A stretch of DNA of 63,245 nt, counting the filler, from Lenisia limosa (taxonomy: Eukaryota; Protista; Breviatea): NCBI GenBank assembly GCA_001655205.1. It is 12 parts of 12 records of this genome, joined end to end, with 100 filler letters (N's around TTAATTAATTAA, not from the genome) between each part and the next. Parts side by side here need not be neighbours in the genome. Positions count along the whole stretch, not along the records: positions 59,567 to 61,248 come from LPNZ01009067.1; positions 61,349 to 63,245 come from LPNZ01000840.1; 10 more parts are not named here. One strand, written 5' to 3'. Position numbers and translations under genes: made by a program. Below are positions 60,662 to 63,245 of this stretch, one piece after another. Position 1 is the stretch's first letter. Each line of letters begins with the position of its first letter. A model generated the notes under the pieces. The model had not been told where the DNA came from. It saw only the letters and a program-made list of their open reading frames with translations, and did no database searches.

Positions 60662-61150
60662 ATTAAACTTGGTTGGGCCGCCTTTTGCATCAATGACAGC
60701 CTGAACATGGCAGTAAACATGGCAGGGGGAATCAATTAATAATTTCAGCTCCTCCGTAAATAGCAGCCCAACCAGCTCTCAACACTTCATCATCAACCAT
60801 TTTCTTACGAATAACAAAGCGAGCGAGCCTTGTTGGCTCGGAAAAGCTCAAATTTCGATTCGTCAGTCCAGCATATCTTATGCCAATCCGAAACAGTTCA
60901 GTGTTGCCGAGCGAGGCACTATTCTAGACGACGTTGGCGATTTTTTTTTTGTATCAGCGGCTTACGGCGGGCTTTAAACAGCGAGAAACCTTGTTCAAGC
61001 AGGCGACTTAGAATGACATCAACGCTCACTACTAATCCCTTTTTCTTCTGAAGGTCTTTGTGGCGCTTGACAAAGTGAGGGGCTTCACAAGTTACTTGTT
61101 TGACAACAATGGAGTCTTCTTCCTTGGTTGTGCTTCTCGGACGACCTGAA
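60662..61150 (-). pseudogene. Tc1-family transposase remnant with nonsense mutations and an internal deletion of most of the DDE core
   Basis: SGRPRSTTKEEDSIVVKQVTCEAP..VSVDVILSRLLEQGFSLFKARRKPLIQKKNRQRRLE*CLARQH*TVSDWHKICWTDESKFELF, then a jump to the C-terminal ..HVQAVIDAKGGPTKF*. Confidence 0.9.
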
Positions 61151-61687
61151 ATTTTCCAATTTGCTGCACCAGTTCCACAAAGTAGTAACAGGTACTATGA
61201 TACCTAAGCGTTTCAAGGCACGATGAATCTGGATATTCGACAGCCATCNNNNNNNNNNNNNNNNNNNNNNNNNNNNNNNNNNNNNNNNNNNNTTAATTAA
61301 TTAANNNNNNNNNNNNNNNNNNNNNNNNNNNNNNNNNNNNNNNNNNNNCAATCAATATTTGAAAGCAAGAATAAGCGAAGCAAATGAAACATACAGGAAC
61401 GGGCAAGGATGTCAACATGAACCGGATCATTGTTGGTGTCTTCAGATTCAAAACAATCTGCAACAATTTCTTCGTCCTGGTGGTGAGACAGAAAGAACCA
61501 TCCTGGATAATCACGCTGTCTCTTTGCGGTTAACTCTCGTTCTATTCCGCGCGATTTGGGTGTATCATCATGGGATCGGGTTGTGTACGGATTTTTCGTA
61601 TGCACTTCACTCAATTCAACGCTATTTAGTAAACATAAAAGAATTATATATGATATGTAGCTACTACATATACAATATCGTATATGG

Positions 61688-63021
61688 ATATGCTGCAGCA
61701 CCAAAACCGTGTCATTAATTCAAAAACCGTGTCATTAATTCAGAAAACCAACCCTTGCACCTCAATTTTATCGCTATATCCAAAAATATCCTTACAGCCC
61801 TCCATAAAACTCTTTTAAGAAGTGAAAAGTTCAGTTCACAGTTCAGTTCATTTCCTTTTCGCGAGTTCAGTTCATTCCCTTTTCGCCAGATTTTTTCCTT
61901 TTCACCCCCTCTATCTAAGTTAAAAAATTTTCATTGTCATCTTTAAGATAATTGTATTCTCAAGTTAGTTCTGGATTGTTTTTAGGTTACAAAAGAATTT
62001 TAAACCCTCAGAAGAAGCAATCAATTCTGCNNNNNNNNNNNNNNNNNNNNNNNNNNNNNNNNNNNNNNNNNNNNNNNNNNNNNNNNNNNNNNNNNNNNNN
62101 NNNNNNNNNNNNNNNNNNNNNNNNNNNNNNNNNNNNNNNNNNNNNNNNNNNNNNNNNNNNNNNNNNNNNNNNNNNNNNNNNNNNNNNNNNNNNNNNNNNN
62201 NNNNNNNNNNNNNNNNNNNNNNNNNNNNNNNNNNNNNNNNNNNNNNCAGAGGTCTTTATAGTCAGAGGAACCTTAATGCGCCTACTGAGTCTCCTAATCT
62301 CTATCTCTATGTCCCAGCTGAATCTACTTTTATGGAAAAGCCATCTCCATCACAGGCTGTGGAATTTCGTACAGAAAATCAAGTACTGTATGCTGGAGAA
62401 GACCTTTCATTGGATCAAGCAATTGCTATTCAAGTTAGAAGTGCCATATTAAACGATGAAAGGACATCAACGTTGGATGACTCTTGCAAAGGCTTCTTAC
62501 AAGGAGTTGCAGCCTCAATTGCCGTTATGAATTTGAGAAATGATGGTGTTCTAGAGCAGCTTCCGCTTATACTCGAGCCATCAAGTTTGTGAGTAACGTT
62601 GGACCAGCACAGGATCGTGTGTTAAAACCAGTTCGGTTCTTTGTTTTAGAGAAGGTGAACAGGTTGCTTCAATATGGCCTGGACAGGTAAGGTCTGAACA
62701 GATTTTGACATTTTTCCAGATAATTGCGTCCAAAGAAGACTTGAAGCCCGATCGTCAAAGAAACACTAAGGTTAATCGAGGCGGTCTACTCAGCCCAACA
62801 GCAGAAAAAGTCACCAAAATAAAAAAAAAATGAACAAGACAAAGTAATTGTTTTTAATGTATTATTGATTGAATCATATATATGTCCTGTTGAGTGTCTA
62901 ATGAGAGAATAGAACTTTTTTTAAAAAAACCAACTGTTGGGTTCTACGAAAGCAAAATTCACACAAATAATTAATGACACGGTTTTTGAACTAATGACAC
63001 GGTTTTGGTGCTGCAGCATAT
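61688..63021. mobile_element. ~1.33 kb TIR-bounded element (family H) with ~53 bp TIRs containing internal direct repeats
   Basis: ATATGCTGCAGCACCAAAACCGTGTCATTAATTCAAAAACCGTGTCATTAATT (61688-61740) is the near-perfect reverse complement of 62969-63021. A 216-N gap lies inside. Confidence 0.8.
62247..62833 (+). CDS. Spliced ORF inside the family H element, no transposase motifs recognised
   Basis: ..AESTFMEKPSPSQAVEFRTENQVLYAGEDLSLDQAIAIQVRSAILNDERTSTLDDSCKGFLQGVAASIAVMNLRNDGVLEQLPLILEPS|(28-nt intron)RSCVKTSSVLCFREGEQVASIWPGQ|(33-nt intron)IIASKEDLKPDRQRNTKVNRGGLLSPTAEKVTKIKKK*. Confidence 0.55.
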
Positions 63022-63034
63022 ACTGTATCATATA

Positions 63035-63245
63035 CAGTCGCGGACAAAATTAATTACAGTAGTCCTGTTTTTACCCAAAATTTTGTTTAAAATTGTAATA
63101 AATGGAATATAACTCGTCGAAACACCAGAATTTCACCTCAAACCAGCACATATTTCGAAAGTAGACATCTTTTCGGATTTGGATTTTTTTGGTTGTAAAT
63201 CCGTATTTTCAGCGAAAATATTAAAATAAAACATCAAACTCGAAC
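63035..63245. mobile_element. Possible left terminus of a Tc1-like element running off the window
   Basis: taCAGTCGCGGACAAAATTAATTAC resembles Tc1 TIR starts (TA + CAGT..C..AAAA). The partner end is not visible. Confidence 0.4.

Noticed and set aside
61350-61600. ORFs 61297-61704 (-) and 61359-61718 (+)
   Set aside because: Both strands are open over a short stretch with no recognisable motif, and the scaffold edge prevents assignment.

Overview
This is a eukaryotic (protist) draft assembly, AT-rich and intron-dense, in the standard genetic code. It is not one contiguous locus. Eleven artificial N-TTAATTAATTAA-N linkers (3799, 10506, 21539, 33970, 42659, 44974, 48172, 53270, 56919, 59511, 61293) join 12 scaffolds, so adjacency across linkers has no biological meaning. 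Manual splicing recovers multi-exon genes that the ORF track misses: BBS4, a LAG1/CerS ceramide synthase, a divergent PKDCC/POMK-like kinase, a KP-43/Tag-type S8 protease with a long EGF/laminin-EGF tail, an MBS1-like zinc-finger protein, a class I cyclic-nucleotide phosphodiesterase, a histidine kinase, an MFS-like membrane protein, an M16-like peptidase, FAN1, a coiled-coil protein and several uncharacterised genes. The gene mix is compatible with an amoebozoan-like host (inference only). Introns are filled with at least five small non-autonomous repeat families. There is also a decayed Tc1 transposase and a TIR-bounded element carrying a spliced non-transposase ORF. The most striking pattern is a pair of related 130-220 bp repeats (called C and D here). 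Their C-rich end sits at or just upstream of the 3' splice AG in about 20 introns of unrelated genes on both strands. The two reversed copies place the G-rich version of that end next to the 5' donor. All exon boundaries were read by eye and are approximate.
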